A DNA stretch of 64,000 nucleotides. It comes from an uncultured Eubacteriales bacterium. Its GTDB lineage: Bacteria > Bacillota > Clostridia > Christensenellales > CAG-138. A model generated the notes under the pieces. That model was not told the origin of the DNA and did not search any database. It worked only from the letters and a program-made list of their open reading frames with translations. The stretch covers positions 5,040 to 69,039 of the forward strand of contig UREK01000010.1 in the NCBI GenBank assembly GCA_900546845.1, read 5' to 3'. Positions within the stretch are counted from its first letter, which is position 1. Each line of letters begins with the position of its first letter. Below are positions 20,263 through 29,117 of the stretch, piece after piece. A program made the translations under genes and the position numbers.

Positions 20263-20891
20263 AGGGATTGCTTCGCAAGGATCTTTACGTGCTCTTTCAG
20301 GCGAGCCGCGCGCAGCTTTTGATCGCGCTGCTGTTCCTCGGGCTCTCTATGGCGACGGAGAACCTGCTTATGGCCTATATGCTTGCGCTCTACGCGGGGA
20401 TGACGCCGCTCACCGTGATCTCGCTTGACGAGCAGAGCCGCTTTGACCGCTTCGCGCTCGCCCTGCCGTGGTCGCGCGCGCAGATCGTGCTGAGCAAGTA
20501 CATCCTCTGCTTTGCGGCGGGCTGCGCCGCGGCGGCTGCGTACCTGCTCTGCACGCTGGCGCTCGGCCCCATCCTGGGCAGCGCGGCAAACCCGGCGGAA
20601 GCGCTGGCGACGTCCTGCGGCATGCTCGCCGCCGGCATCCTCCTCCCGGCGCTGATGCTCCCATTGGCGTTCCGCTTCGGCACGGAGAAGGGCCGGATGT
20701 GGAGCATGCTCATCATGATCGCAGCAATCCTCTGCATCGGCGTTTTCGTCACGGATGCGGGCGGAGGCCTCTTCCACCCGGCGGGCGGGTTTGGCACGGC
20801 CCCGCTCTGGCTGCTGCCGCTTGGCGCGCTCGCGCTGTTCGCGCTTTCCGCGCTCGTTTCCGTGGGGATCTATAAGCGGCGGGAGCTGTGA
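20259..20891 (+). CDS. ABC-2-type membrane permease
   Basis: MKGLLRKDLYVLFQ..., about six hydrophobic helices. ATGA overlap with the ATPase gene. Confidence 0.75.
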   Translation: MKGLLRKDLYVLFQASRAQLLIALLFLGLSMATENLLMAYMLALYAGMTPLTVISLDEQSRFDRFALALPWSRAQIVLSKYILCFAAGCAAAAAYLLCTLALGPILGSAANPAEALATSCGMLAAGILLPALMLPLAFRFGTEKGRMWSMLIMIAAILCIGVFVTDAGGGLFHPAGGFGTAPLWLLPLGALALFALSALVSVGIYKRREL

Positions 20892-20961
20892 TTCCCCAGT
20901 TCGCGGCAGAACCAATAGAAAGCTGATCCCCGCCGGTCCAATGGACTTGCGAGGATCAGCT

Positions 20962-21150
20962 TGTCGAAAAAGCCTTTCCGGGATTGTCAAGGGCCGCAGC
21001 CCTTGACTTTCCATCGCGGGCAGCGGCCTGTGCGGTGCGAGCGAAAAGCCTTGCGCCGCAAGGCTTTCTTTACACGGAGCGCTGACCGCGCCATCGGCGC
21101 AAGCGCGACGTGAATCCCTCGATAAAGTGGCAGATGCCACTTTATCGACA
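20962..21150. repeat. 189-bp multi-hairpin MITE-like element (family A), copy 1
   Basis: TGTCGAAAAAG...CTTTATCGACA terminal inverted repeats. Internal hairpins are GTCAAGGGCcgcaGCCCTTGAC, GAAAGCCTTGCgccGCAAGGCTTTC and TCGATAAAGTGGCAgaTGCCACTTTATCGA. It lies between convergent genes. Confidence 0.85.
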
Positions 21151-21179
21151 GCATGAAAGCTCCCGCGGGAGCTTCTTTG

Positions 21180-22229
21180 TTATTTCAACCTGCCGCTCCA
21201 GTTCTCGATGTCAATCCCCGTATAGTAATGCGCCAGGATGGCACGATAATCGAAGCCATCCTTTGCCATGGCGTTTGCGCCGTATTGGCTCATGCCCACG
21301 CCGTGGCCGTAGCCCTTGGTGGAGACGCGCACATCATCCCCCACGAATTCGATGGTGAAGTTGGCGCTCGGGAGGTCGAGCGCCTTGCGGAATTGCCGCC
21401 CGGTAGCCTCCGCGCCGCCCAGCCGCACGGTTTTGACCCGGCCGCTCGCGTAGCGGGCAGTGATCTCCACCTGTGCCTCCAGCTTTTTCGCAGAAAGGCC
21501 CGCCTTGGGGAAGGCCGCGTTGAGCTTTGTGAGGAAGTTCCTGCGCGAAAAGGCCGTGCTTTCCGCATAATGCGCGGAGCCCTCTTCGCCGGGGCTTTCC
21601 ACGCTCACAAGGTATGGCTGTGCGCTCGCAAACACGTTTTCCGAGCTCTCCGTCATCCCTCCCGCAGTGGAATGATAGAGCGCCTCGATCAGCGCGCCCT
21701 CATAGGTGGCGACCTCGCCTGCCGTGCCGTAGACGGCTTCCGTGACGCGCGCGGAATAATAGGCCGCGTCCGCCCCCCACTTTTCGGCGAGCTGATCTGG
21801 GGAACGATAGGATTGGCAGCAGGCACTGTCCGTGCAGACGTCCGCACCGCGGCGGCCGCAGGGCGTTCCGCCGCAGGCGGCAAGGTGGCGCAGCGTAAAC
21901 GTCCGCGCAGCGACGGCCTGCGCCTTAAGCGCTTCCTCTTCAAAAGCGGCGGGCATTTCGGCTGCGACCACGCCGCAAAGGTATTCCTCCAGATGCATGG
22001 AAAGCACACGGTCGTTCTCATCGTCATAAACGGCGATTACGGCGGAAATATCCTCCAGCAAAGGCTCGGGGACATCCGCTTCCCCGCCTGCGATGGCGCA
22101 GCCGCGCAGCAGCAACACAAAAAGGCTCAGCGCAAGTGCGGCAAGCCCGAGCGGCAGCGGCTGGAGCAGCGGGAATGCGGGCGGCGCGGCACGTCTGCGC
22201 GCCCGGCGCGTTGAAGGACGATATTCCAT
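21180..22229 (-). CDS. spoIID: SpoIID/LytB-domain stage II sporulation protein D
   Basis: EEYLCGVVAAEMPAAFEEEALKAQAVAARTF...YHSTAGGMTE...KGYGHGVGMSQYGAN. The start is uncertain; ATG 22229 was chosen and the track ORF extends further upstream. Confidence 0.8.
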   Translation of the reverse strand: MEYRPSTRRARRRAAPPAFPLLQPLPLGLAALALSLFVLLLRGCAIAGGEADVPEPLLEDISAVIAVYDDENDRVLSMHLEEYLCGVVAAEMPAAFEEEALKAQAVAARTFTLRHLAACGGTPCGRRGADVCTDSACCQSYRSPDQLAEKWGADAAYYSARVTEAVYGTAGEVATYEGALIEALYHSTAGGMTESSENVFASAQPYLVSVESPGEEGSAHYAESTAFSRRNFLTKLNAAFPKAGLSAKKLEAQVEITARYASGRVKTVRLGGAEATGRQFRKALDLPSANFTIEFVGDDVRVSTKGYGHGVGMSQYGANAMAKDGFDYRAILAHYYTGIDIENWSGRLK

Positions 22230-22340
22230 AGTTTCATCCGTATGCAGGCGCTTCCCGTTTAATTCATTTGCTTCCAGCATGCAAGTGCATGTATAATAAA
22301 GGGAAAGGATGACAAATACTGTCAAAGGAGAGGCAAAGGC

Positions 22341-23156
22341 ATGCAGGGACAGAACAGCGCGGGCACGGAACGTGGCAGGCAGGAAATGATCGCGCTTCTC
22401 AACAGCGGCGATAAGCGTGAACTGCGCGCGTTCATGCAGCTTTATTCCAAGCGGATCTATGACCGTGCGTTCGACATTACGCACGATCCGGCCAAGGCAA
22501 AGGACGCAACACGGCGCGTGCTTGCGGAGGTGGCTTCGCTCGCCGCGCGCGGCGAGTTAAAGGAGAACATCGATGCGCAGCTCATGGCGCTGACGGATCA
22601 GGTATGCAGCGAGGCCCTGTTCTTCAGCAGCCTGGTAGACGAAGCGCTGAAGGCTGAAGCAGCGCCCAAAGCGCCCGATATGGCGGCGCAGGAAGCGCCC
22701 GCAGCTGCGGAACCCCGGGAGCAGCAGGCAGATGTGCTCTGGACAGCCTGGGAAAATACCCCCGCGGAAGAAACGATCCTGGAACCGGGGACGGAGGCGG
22801 CTGACATGGAAATGTCCGGCACGGAAACGCCCGGCATGGATCTGCCCGGCGTGGAGCCGGATGAAGCGGAAGAGCTGGATGCAGAGGTGCCCAACCTGTT
22901 TGACGACGACGCGGACACGCCGCCCACAAACCGCCGACGGCAGGAAAAGCCTGCAAAGCGCTATGCGCCGGCACAGGAAGAAGATGAGGACGAAACCACA
23001 AGCCCGCTGCTCGTGATCGCCATCATCCTGCTTTCGATGCTGGTGGTGTTCTTGGTGTGGATCCTTATCGTTAAACTGATGGCCAGCGGCGTTTTACCGA
23101 ATTTCGACTTTGGGTTTGCCGATTGGTTCAACACGCATATATTTAAGCTGTATTAA
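22341..23156 (+). CDS. hypothetical membrane-anchored protein (helical N-domain, acidic linker, C-terminal TM)
   Basis: RBS AGGAGAGG. An acidic low-complexity middle region is followed by a single TM helix (LLVIAIILLSMLVVFLVWILIV). Function not recognised. Confidence 0.55.
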   Translation: MQGQNSAGTERGRQEMIALLNSGDKRELRAFMQLYSKRIYDRAFDITHDPAKAKDATRRVLAEVASLAARGELKENIDAQLMALTDQVCSEALFFSSLVDEALKAEAAPKAPDMAAQEAPAAAEPREQQADVLWTAWENTPAEETILEPGTEAADMEMSGTETPGMDLPGVEPDEAEELDAEVPNLFDDDADTPPTNRRRQEKPAKRYAPAQEEDEDETTSPLLVIAIILLSMLVVFLVWILIVKLMASGVLPNFDFGFADWFNTHIFKLY

Positions 23157-23273
23157 TACCATATTAAGTTCCAAGAAACGCTATTGACAGTCATTTGACC
23201 ATGTGTTAATCTATTAACAGCAGGGAGGCAGGATACGTTTCCCCGCACATTCGGGAAAAGGGAGGGTTTTGTT

Positions 23274-23777
23274 ATGGACGGATTCCTTGCATACATTGTC
23301 GGCTGGAGCTTGCCGGCGCTCGTCTGCCTGCTGGTGGGCCTTGGGCTGATGATCTTCGAAATGTTCACGCCCGGCATGGGGCTGCCCGGCATCCTCGGCG
23401 CAGGCGCGCTGATCGCAGCCGTGGTGCTGCGGGCGGATTCGTTTGCTTCGGCGCTCATCACACTCGCAGTCATCATCGTGATCCTTGCGGTTGCGGCGTT
23501 CTTCGTGTACCGTTCGTTCCAAAAAGGCGCGATCTCGCGCTCCCAGATCGTCCTCAACGACACGATTGAGAAAAAGTCCACCTCGCTTTCGGACGCAAGC
23601 GCGCAGGAGCTCATTGGGCTCGAAGGCGAATGCCTGACGGCGCTGCGCCCTTCCGGCAATGCAGACTTTGACGGCCGCAGGCTGGATGTGGTGAGCGCAG
23701 GCGAATTCATCGAAAAGGGCAGCCGCGTGCGGATCGAAGCCGTGGAAGGGCTGCGCATTTTGGTGAAGAAGATCTAA
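23274..23777 (+). CDS. NfeD-family membrane protein
   Basis: N-terminal TM helices plus a C-terminal OB-like segment (GECLTALRPSGNADFDGRRLDVVSAGEFIEKGSRVRIEAVEG). It lies upstream of floA, as in yqeZ-yqfA. Confidence 0.8.
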   Translation: MDGFLAYIVGWSLPALVCLLVGLGLMIFEMFTPGMGLPGILGAGALIAAVVLRADSFASALITLAVIIVILAVAAFFVYRSFQKGAISRSQIVLNDTIEKKSTSLSDASAQELIGLEGECLTALRPSGNADFDGRRLDVVSAGEFIEKGSRVRIEAVEGLRILVKKI

Positions 23778-23801
23778 GTTGACCAAAGGAGGCGGCCTTC
23801 G

Positions 23802-24047
23802 GTGAAATTTTGCATGAAATGCGGCGCATTCTATGAGGAGAAGGGCGGCGAAGGCTGTCCGCATTGCAAGGAGAACGCGCGGCTGCATGCTGCGGCGGAG
23901 GCCGCTGAAACCGACCACGGGATGGATGCGGAAACGGCGCGGCGCGCGCGCAGGCGCGCGTGGGTCGAGCTTTGCATCGGCATCCCGGTGTTCATCGGGG
24001 TTATCTATCTCATTATTTCCCTCATCCGGGTAATCCGGGGAGGTTAA
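23802..24047 (+). CDS. small zinc-ribbon membrane protein
   Basis: MKFCMKCGAFYEEKGGEGCPHCK followed by a C-terminal TM helix. Confidence 0.5.
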   Translation: MKFCMKCGAFYEEKGGEGCPHCKENARLHAAAEAAETDHGMDAETARRARRRAWVELCIGIPVFIGVIYLIISLIRVIRGG

Positions 24048-24095
24048 TAAAAACGAAGGGCTAGAACAAATCAGTTTAATTCAGGGAGGTTTATC

Positions 24096-25076
24096 ATGCC
24101 AGAACTCGTAGTATCCGTTCTCATCATCGTCGCGGCGATCATTTTCCTCGCAATTTTCTTCAGCTTCGTACCGGTCGGGCTTTATATCTCGGCCCGCGCT
24201 TCCGGCGTAAAGGTCGGCATCGGCCAGCTCGTTGCGATGCGCATCCGCAAGGTCGTGCCCTCGCGCATCGTGAACCCGATGATCAAGGCGACCAAGGCCG
24301 GCCTGGTGATCTCGCTCAACAAGCTGGAAGCGCACTACCTCGCGGGCGGCAACGTGGATCGCGTTGTGAACGCGCTTATCGCCGCGCAGCGCGCTGGCAT
24401 CCCGCTCGATTTTGAGCGTGCCTGCGCAATCGACCTCGCCGGCCGCGACGTGCTCAACGCGGTGCAGATGAGCGTCAACCCGAAGGTCATCGAGACGCCG
24501 GTCATCGCAGCCATCGCAAAGGACGGCATCGAGCTGCGCGCTAAGGCGCGCGTGACCGTCCGCGCCAACATTGACCGGCTCGTCGGCGGTTCCGGTGAAG
24601 AAACGATCATCGCCCGTATCGGCGAAGGCATCGTCACGACGGTCGGTTCCTCCAAGACCCATAAGGACGTCCTCGAAAACCCGGATCTCATCTCCCAGAC
24701 CGTGCTCAACAAGGGCCTTGACGCAGGTACCGCGTTCGAGATCCTTTCCATCGACATCGCGGATGTGGACGTAGGCCGCAACGTCGGTGCACAGCTCCAG
24801 ATCGACCAGGCGGAGGCAGACAAGCGTATCGCCCAGGCGAAGGCGGAAGAGCGCCGCGCGATGGCCGTTGCGCAGGAGCAGGAGAACAAGGCGGAAGTGC
24901 AGGGCATGCGCGCCCGCGTGATCGAGGCCGAGGCCGAGGTGCCGCGCGCGATCGCAGCAGCGTTCCGCGAGGGCAAGCTGGGCGTAATGGACTACTACAA
25001 CATGCAGAACGTGATTTCCGATACCAAGATGCGCGATTCCATCGCGGGCGGCGCGCAGGCGGAAAAGAAGGAATAA
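24096..25076 (+). CDS. floA: flotillin-like protein FloA (SPFH domain, UPF0365)
   Basis: [38 protein letters not shown]...[24 protein letters not shown] is characteristic of FloA/YqfA. Confidence 0.9.
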   Translation: MPELVVSVLIIVAAIIFLAIFFSFVPVGLYISARASGVKVGIGQLVAMRIRKVVPSRIVNPMIKATKAGLVISLNKLEAHYLAGGNVDRVVNALIAAQRAGIPLDFERACAIDLAGRDVLNAVQMSVNPKVIETPVIAAIAKDGIELRAKARVTVRANIDRLVGGSGEETIIARIGEGIVTTVGSSKTHKDVLENPDLISQTVLNKGLDAGTAFEILSIDIADVDVGRNVGAQLQIDQAEADKRIAQAKAEERRAMAVAQEQENKAEVQGMRARVIEAEAEVPRAIAAAFREGKLGVMDYYNMQNVISDTKMRDSIAGGAQAEKKE

Positions 25077-25129
25077 GCGTGCGCTGAACCATCCGGTGCC
25101 CGGCGCAACGCCGGGAGAAGGGAGCGCAG

Positions 25130-25840
25130 ATGGAAATACTCGTATTGCTTCTGATCATCTTCGCGGTGGTCAACGCGAGCAAAAACAAGAAACAGGCACA
25201 GCAGCAGGAGCAGGCGCGCAAGCGCCAGGCGGATGTGCGTTCTCTGGAGAGTGAGCAGGCCCGCGCAGCTGAGCGCCTACGGGATTACCAGGCGCAGCGC
25301 CAGCGGCAGGGGAACCCTGCCGCTGCGCCCGGCGCGCCCATGGCTCCTACGGTGCGGACGGCCGGGCAGGGCACGTCCACGCAGCCAGGCGGTGCATGGC
25401 GCTGCACTTGCGGCGAAACGAACCGCGCGGCCGCTAGGTTTTGTACGGCCTGCGGCAAGGCGCGCTATGGAGGCAGCATGAACTATGCTTCCACTGAGGG
25501 CGGCGGTGTTTCGGCGGAAGGTGCCGCTGCGCCGGGTTCTCTTGGCGGCACAAAGCCGCTGCAGGCCCGGCCGCACCCTGTGACGGCCTCCGTGACGCAG
25601 CATGTGGTAAAACCGCTGACGGAATCGACGCACCGCCATGTGGAATCGAGCATGACGGGCATCGAGGAGTGCCACGAACCGGCTGTTCCGCAGCCGCATG
25701 AGCGGGACGCTTATGCGCGCGGCGCAGAGCGGGCAGAGCTCCCCTACGGGCTCGTGTTCAACAGGGACGCAGTCACGCAGGGCGTGCTGTATGCGGAGAT
25801 CCTGGGCAAGCCGAAAGCGCTGCGCAAGCGCGGCGCATAA
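25130..25840 (+). CDS. hypothetical membrane protein with internal zinc ribbon
   Basis: N-terminal TM helix, a Gln/Arg-rich coil and WRCTCGETNRAAARFCTACG. Confidence 0.5.
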   Translation: MEILVLLLIIFAVVNASKNKKQAQQQEQARKRQADVRSLESEQARAAERLRDYQAQRQRQGNPAAAPGAPMAPTVRTAGQGTSTQPGGAWRCTCGETNRAAARFCTACGKARYGGSMNYASTEGGGVSAEGAAAPGSLGGTKPLQARPHPVTASVTQHVVKPLTESTHRHVESSMTGIEECHEPAVPQPHERDAYARGAERAELPYGLVFNRDAVTQGVLYAEILGKPKALRKRGA

Positions 25841-25866
25841 GCGCAAAAAACAAAGAGCATGAAAAA

Positions 25867-25891
25867 GAGCGGGTGCATACCCGCTCTTTTT
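25867..25891 (+). terminator. intrinsic terminator
   Basis: GAGCGGGT-gcat-ACCCGCTC followed by TTTTT. Confidence 0.75.
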
Positions 25892-25896
25892 CATGC

Positions 25897-26085
25897 TGTC
25901 GATCAAGTGGCAGATGCCACTTGATCGAGGGATTCACGTCGCGCTTGCGCCGATGACACAGCCAGCGCTCCGTGTAAAGAAAGCCTTGCGCCGCAAGGCT
26001 TTTCGCTTGCACCGCACAGGTCGCTGCGCGCGATCAAAAGTCAAGGGCTGCGGCCCTTGACAATCCCGGAGAGATTTTTTCATGT
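25897..26085. repeat. family A element, copy 2 (inverted relative to copy 1)
   Basis: Same 189-bp architecture as copy 1. The terminal hairpin is TCGATCAAGTGGCAgaTGCCACTTGATCGA. It lies between convergent genes. Confidence 0.85.
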
Positions 26086-26267
26086 CCGCGCCGCAGCCGC
26101 AGCAGCTGGAGGAGCCGGGACAAGGCGGCCGTATCTTTTTCGGCGGCACAGTTTGCTGAAAGGAACAGCGCTCGTTTCCCATGCTTCAGAAATCAGGGAA
26201 CGCGCAAGGCGGCGGGAGCACACCCGAGTGTATTCCCGCCGCCTTGCAGTAAAGATTGGTTTCGTTT

Positions 26268-27644
26268 TTACTCCACGATCAGGCAGCTGTTGTGCATATA
26301 GCCCGTATAGCCGTTGGCCGTGCAATAATACCAGCCCGTTTCCGAAACGGAAAGGATCGTAACCGGCGTGCCGCCGTCGATCAGCGCTATAACCGCAGCG
26401 CTCGTGCTCCCCGCCGCGCGCATGCGCGCCTGCGTCCCTTCCTTCACGCGCGTGCCGGATGTGACCGCCGAGCCCTGATTCGGCGTGGGCACCGGAGTCG
26501 GGCTTGCCGTGCCGCCGCCGATGGAGATGCCGCCGCTTGTTCCGCTGCCCGGCGTGGGCGCCGGCGCGGCTGTGGCAGCGGGTGCAAGCGCCGCCGTGTC
26601 GAGCGTGGGATAGACGAGCGCCGTGCTCTTCACGACGTACTTGGTGCGCAGATAGCCCTCCACGCCGTTATAGGAGCCATACCACCAGCCCTTCTTCGGG
26701 TTGGAAACCACCGCCGCTTCCCCGCCCTTCGGGATCGTCGCAAGCTTTTTGGAGCCCGTGCTCATAGAAGCGTATACGTAAGTCTTCTTCGTGGCGGTGT
26801 AAGCCTCCTGCGTCTGCACCGGCGCATCCGGGTAACAAAGGATGTACTGCGTTTTCACATAGCCGAGCGTGCCGTCCTGGAGCTTCGCCTTGCACCAATC
26901 GGAGCCAATCTGCAGCAGAATCATCTTCTGCCCGCGTGAAAGCGTCGCCACAGTGGTGTCGCGCGAATTGGAAAAGCCGGTGCGCAGCGGTACGTTGTCG
27001 TAGCGGCAGATTGCGGGGATTTCCGCCGGGTCCGCCTTCGTGTCCGTGGGCTGCACATAATCCGAATAGGACGGGATCGCAGCCTTGAGCTCTTTCACAA
27101 GCTCCGGGTTTGCGGCTTTCTTCCGGTCGATCTTACAGGTGGTTCCCGGCGGGCAGTTATAGAAGATCCACTGGGCGACATGCGGCAGGACGCGCACGCA
27201 GCCATGAGAGACGTTCTCACCCAGTTTCCGATACGCGGTGCGGGACATGCTGGAAAGCTTTTTGGAATTGTACATCACAGAATGGATGTAGATGCCGCGC
27301 ACCACCTGCGTCCAATACTGCGCATACTGGCCGAAGGCTACAAAGTAGCCGAAGCGCTCCTTGAGCTGGCCCAGTTTAAATGTGCCCGCTCCGGTCGGGT
27401 TTTCCTCGTTCCCGGTGGTGCACAGGCTTTGCAGCACGATCGGCCCGCCGATGGCGCCCTCGTAAACGGTGATAATCTGGTTCACCAGGTCGATCTCAAT
27501 CGTGTAGCGGTTCGGGTCGGTGTTGTCATAGTCGATTTTGCTGGTCATGCCCGGCAGCACCGCCGCCTCGGCGGGCATGGCTGGGATGAGCGCAATGGCT
27601 GTGGCTAGGCAGAGCACAAGCGCAAGCAGGCGTTTTTTCATCAT
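26268..27644 (-). CDS. L,D-transpeptidase (YkuD) with SH3-like repeats, secreted
   Basis: Signal peptide MMKKRLLALVLCLATAIALIPAMPAEA, catalytic SHGCVRV motif and repeated SH3b-like segments. The ATG at 27644 follows GGAGGAA. Confidence 0.85.
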   Translation of the reverse strand: MMKKRLLALVLCLATAIALIPAMPAEAAVLPGMTSKIDYDNTDPNRYTIEIDLVNQIITVYEGAIGGPIVLQSLCTTGNEENPTGAGTFKLGQLKERFGYFVAFGQYAQYWTQVVRGIYIHSVMYNSKKLSSMSRTAYRKLGENVSHGCVRVLPHVAQWIFYNCPPGTTCKIDRKKAANPELVKELKAAIPSYSDYVQPTDTKADPAEIPAICRYDNVPLRTGFSNSRDTTVATLSRGQKMILLQIGSDWCKAKLQDGTLGYVKTQYILCYPDAPVQTQEAYTATKKTYVYASMSTGSKKLATIPKGGEAAVVSNPKKGWWYGSYNGVEGYLRTKYVVKSTALVYPTLDTAALAPAATAAPAPTPGSGTSGGISIGGGTASPTPVPTPNQGSAVTSGTRVKEGTQARMRAAGSTSAAVIALIDGGTPVTILSVSETGWYYCTANGYTGYMHNSCLIVE

Positions 27645-27684
27645 GGTTCCTCCATCCGTTTTGTTTATTGAAAACAAGCGCGGC

Positions 27685-28518
27685 TCAGGCCGGCTTTTTT
27701 TCCTCCGCGTCCGTTGGTTTGCAAAGCAGGTAGGTAACCGCGAAGCCTCCTATGAGCAAAGCGAGGCAAAGCGCCTGCATTGGGGACCAGGTAAATCCCG
27801 GGAAGATCAGCACGATAGAGCCTGCAAGAAGGCCCAATACCGCATAATAAGCATACCCATGATGCCGGTCAAACATGCGTTTGACCAGCGTGATCGTTGC
27901 GAACACGGTCACACCCGCGCCAGCGGCGACGCATGCCATCGCCGGGATGTTGAAACTGTTGAGCGCGGAAAGCAGCGGCTCATACAGCCCCATATACATT
28001 AAAATGAACGACGTGCTGATGCCCGGGATCACCGTGCCGAACGCAATGAGCACGCCCGCAAGCGCCGCGGTCCATCCGTTAAACGGCCAGGCTTGGCCGC
28101 CTGTAATCAGTTTATCGCCCGCGGCGAACAGGAGGATCAGCACAATGCCAAAGGCTGTCCCAAACAGATAGCGCTTCTTGAAGCCATGCTGGTTAGCCTC
28201 TTTCATAAAGGAAGGAACGCCGCCGAGCACCAAGCCGATGAGGGCGTACATCACGGGCATCCTCCAGTTTGCCATCAGCCACTCGACCAGGCGGCTCGTG
28301 GCGAGAAGCCCCACCACGCCGCCAAGCCCCAAGGGGAGCAGGAACAGCGCGTTGCGCTTAACTGCCTTAAAGAAACCTACCACAGCGTCAATCACCGGGC
28401 GGTAAACGCCCATCGAAACCGCAAGCACGCCGCCGCTCGCACCGGGCAAAATCGCCGCAATGCCGATGATGGCCCCCTTCAAGAGCCGCATCCAAAATCC
28501 GTTTTGTCTTTCGTCCAT
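27685..28518 (-). CDS. DUF368 family membrane protein
   Basis: LLKGAIIGIAAILPGASGGVLAVSMGVYRPVIDAV and an internal repeat IPGISTSFILMYMGLYEPL are typical of DUF368. Confidence 0.8.
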   Translation of the reverse strand: MDERQNGFWMRLLKGAIIGIAAILPGASGGVLAVSMGVYRPVIDAVVGFFKAVKRNALFLLPLGLGGVVGLLATSRLVEWLMANWRMPVMYALIGLVLGGVPSFMKEANQHGFKKRYLFGTAFGIVLILLFAAGDKLITGGQAWPFNGWTAALAGVLIAFGTVIPGISTSFILMYMGLYEPLLSALNSFNIPAMACVAAGAGVTVFATITLVKRMFDRHHGYAYYAVLGLLAGSIVLIFPGFTWSPMQALCLALLIGGFAVTYLLCKPTDAEEKKPA

Positions 28519-28680
28519 TCAATACTCCCAAAAACCCCGGCTTTGCAGCCATGCGCGCGTATCCCGCCGCAGCGTGCAGAATCGCTCACCTGTATTGTAT
28601 CGCAAAATATTCCATCAAGTACAGCGGTTTAAGCAAAATTTACAAATGCTTGATTTTTCACGCACCGGCAGATTTTTCTC

Positions 28681-28709
28681 TTGCAAAACTGCTGAAAATG
28701 CGGTATCAT
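28681..28709 (+). promoter_or_regulatory. candidate promoter for tRNA-Ser
   Basis: TTGCAA, a 17-nt spacer and TATCAT. Confidence 0.5.
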
Positions 28710-28754
28710 ATCTAAGCATGATTGCGCCAGGCAAGAGCAATAAGCCTTATGTGT

Positions 28755-28845
28755 GGAGAGATGGCTGAGTTGGTCGAAGGCGCACGACTGGAAATCGTGT
28801 ATGGCAGGAATGTCATCAAGGGTTCGAATCCCTTTCTCTCCGCCA
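28755..28845 (+). tRNA. tRNA-Ser (anticodon GGA)
   Basis: Acceptor GGAGAGA/TCTCTCC. Anticodon arm CACGA-CTGGAAA-TCGTG. Long variable arm. T-arm AAGGG-TTCGAAT-CCCTT. CCA is encoded. Confidence 0.92.
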
Positions 28846-28846
28846 C

Positions 28847-28884
28847 GTCGGAGCAAGCTATATATCGCTTGCTCCGACTTTTTT
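28847..28884 (+). terminator. intrinsic terminator after tRNA-Ser
   Basis: GTCGGAGCAAGC-loop-GCTTGCTCCGAC followed by TTTTTT. Confidence 0.85.
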
Positions 28885-29117
28885 ACAAAAATTAGAGCGT
28901 GCTCGCTCCGCTGTTCCGCTGTTCCTCCTTTCCGCAAAAGGCCACGCTCGGCTCACCTGCCCGGCTGTAAACATCCTAGCAGCGGCTCACCGCCGCTGCC
29001 AACCTTTTGCTGCGGGCTACGAGGTTCAATCCCCACCAGTGAAACGCCAAAAATGGCTTTATTGCAGGCAAAAGGCGCGCCTCCTGGCGCGCCCCTGTTG
29101 TCGTTTTGTTCTAGCCG

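Noticed and set aside
20151-21140. 329-aa minus-strand ORF. Also the short ORFs inside the family A repeats (25773..26012, 33605..33802, 53417..53632) that share peptides such as SIKW..PLDR.
   Set aside because: The shared peptides simply reflect the repeated DNA. Differences between copies preserve base pairing rather than a reading frame. The copies occur in both orientations without RBS or start conservation.
22230-22340. Sigma-E-type sporulation promoter upstream of spoIID (GAATT...CATACGGAT).
   Set aside because: The spacing is off consensus, and the element would leave almost no leader before the chosen start codon. The evidence is too weak to annotate.
28995-29050. tRNA-like 3' fragment (GGTTCAATCCCC...ACGCCA) downstream of tRNA-Ser.
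   Set aside because: The candidate T-stem does not pair (only 2 of 5 positions), and no acceptor, D or anticodon arms can be built. This is probably chance similarity or a very degraded remnant.
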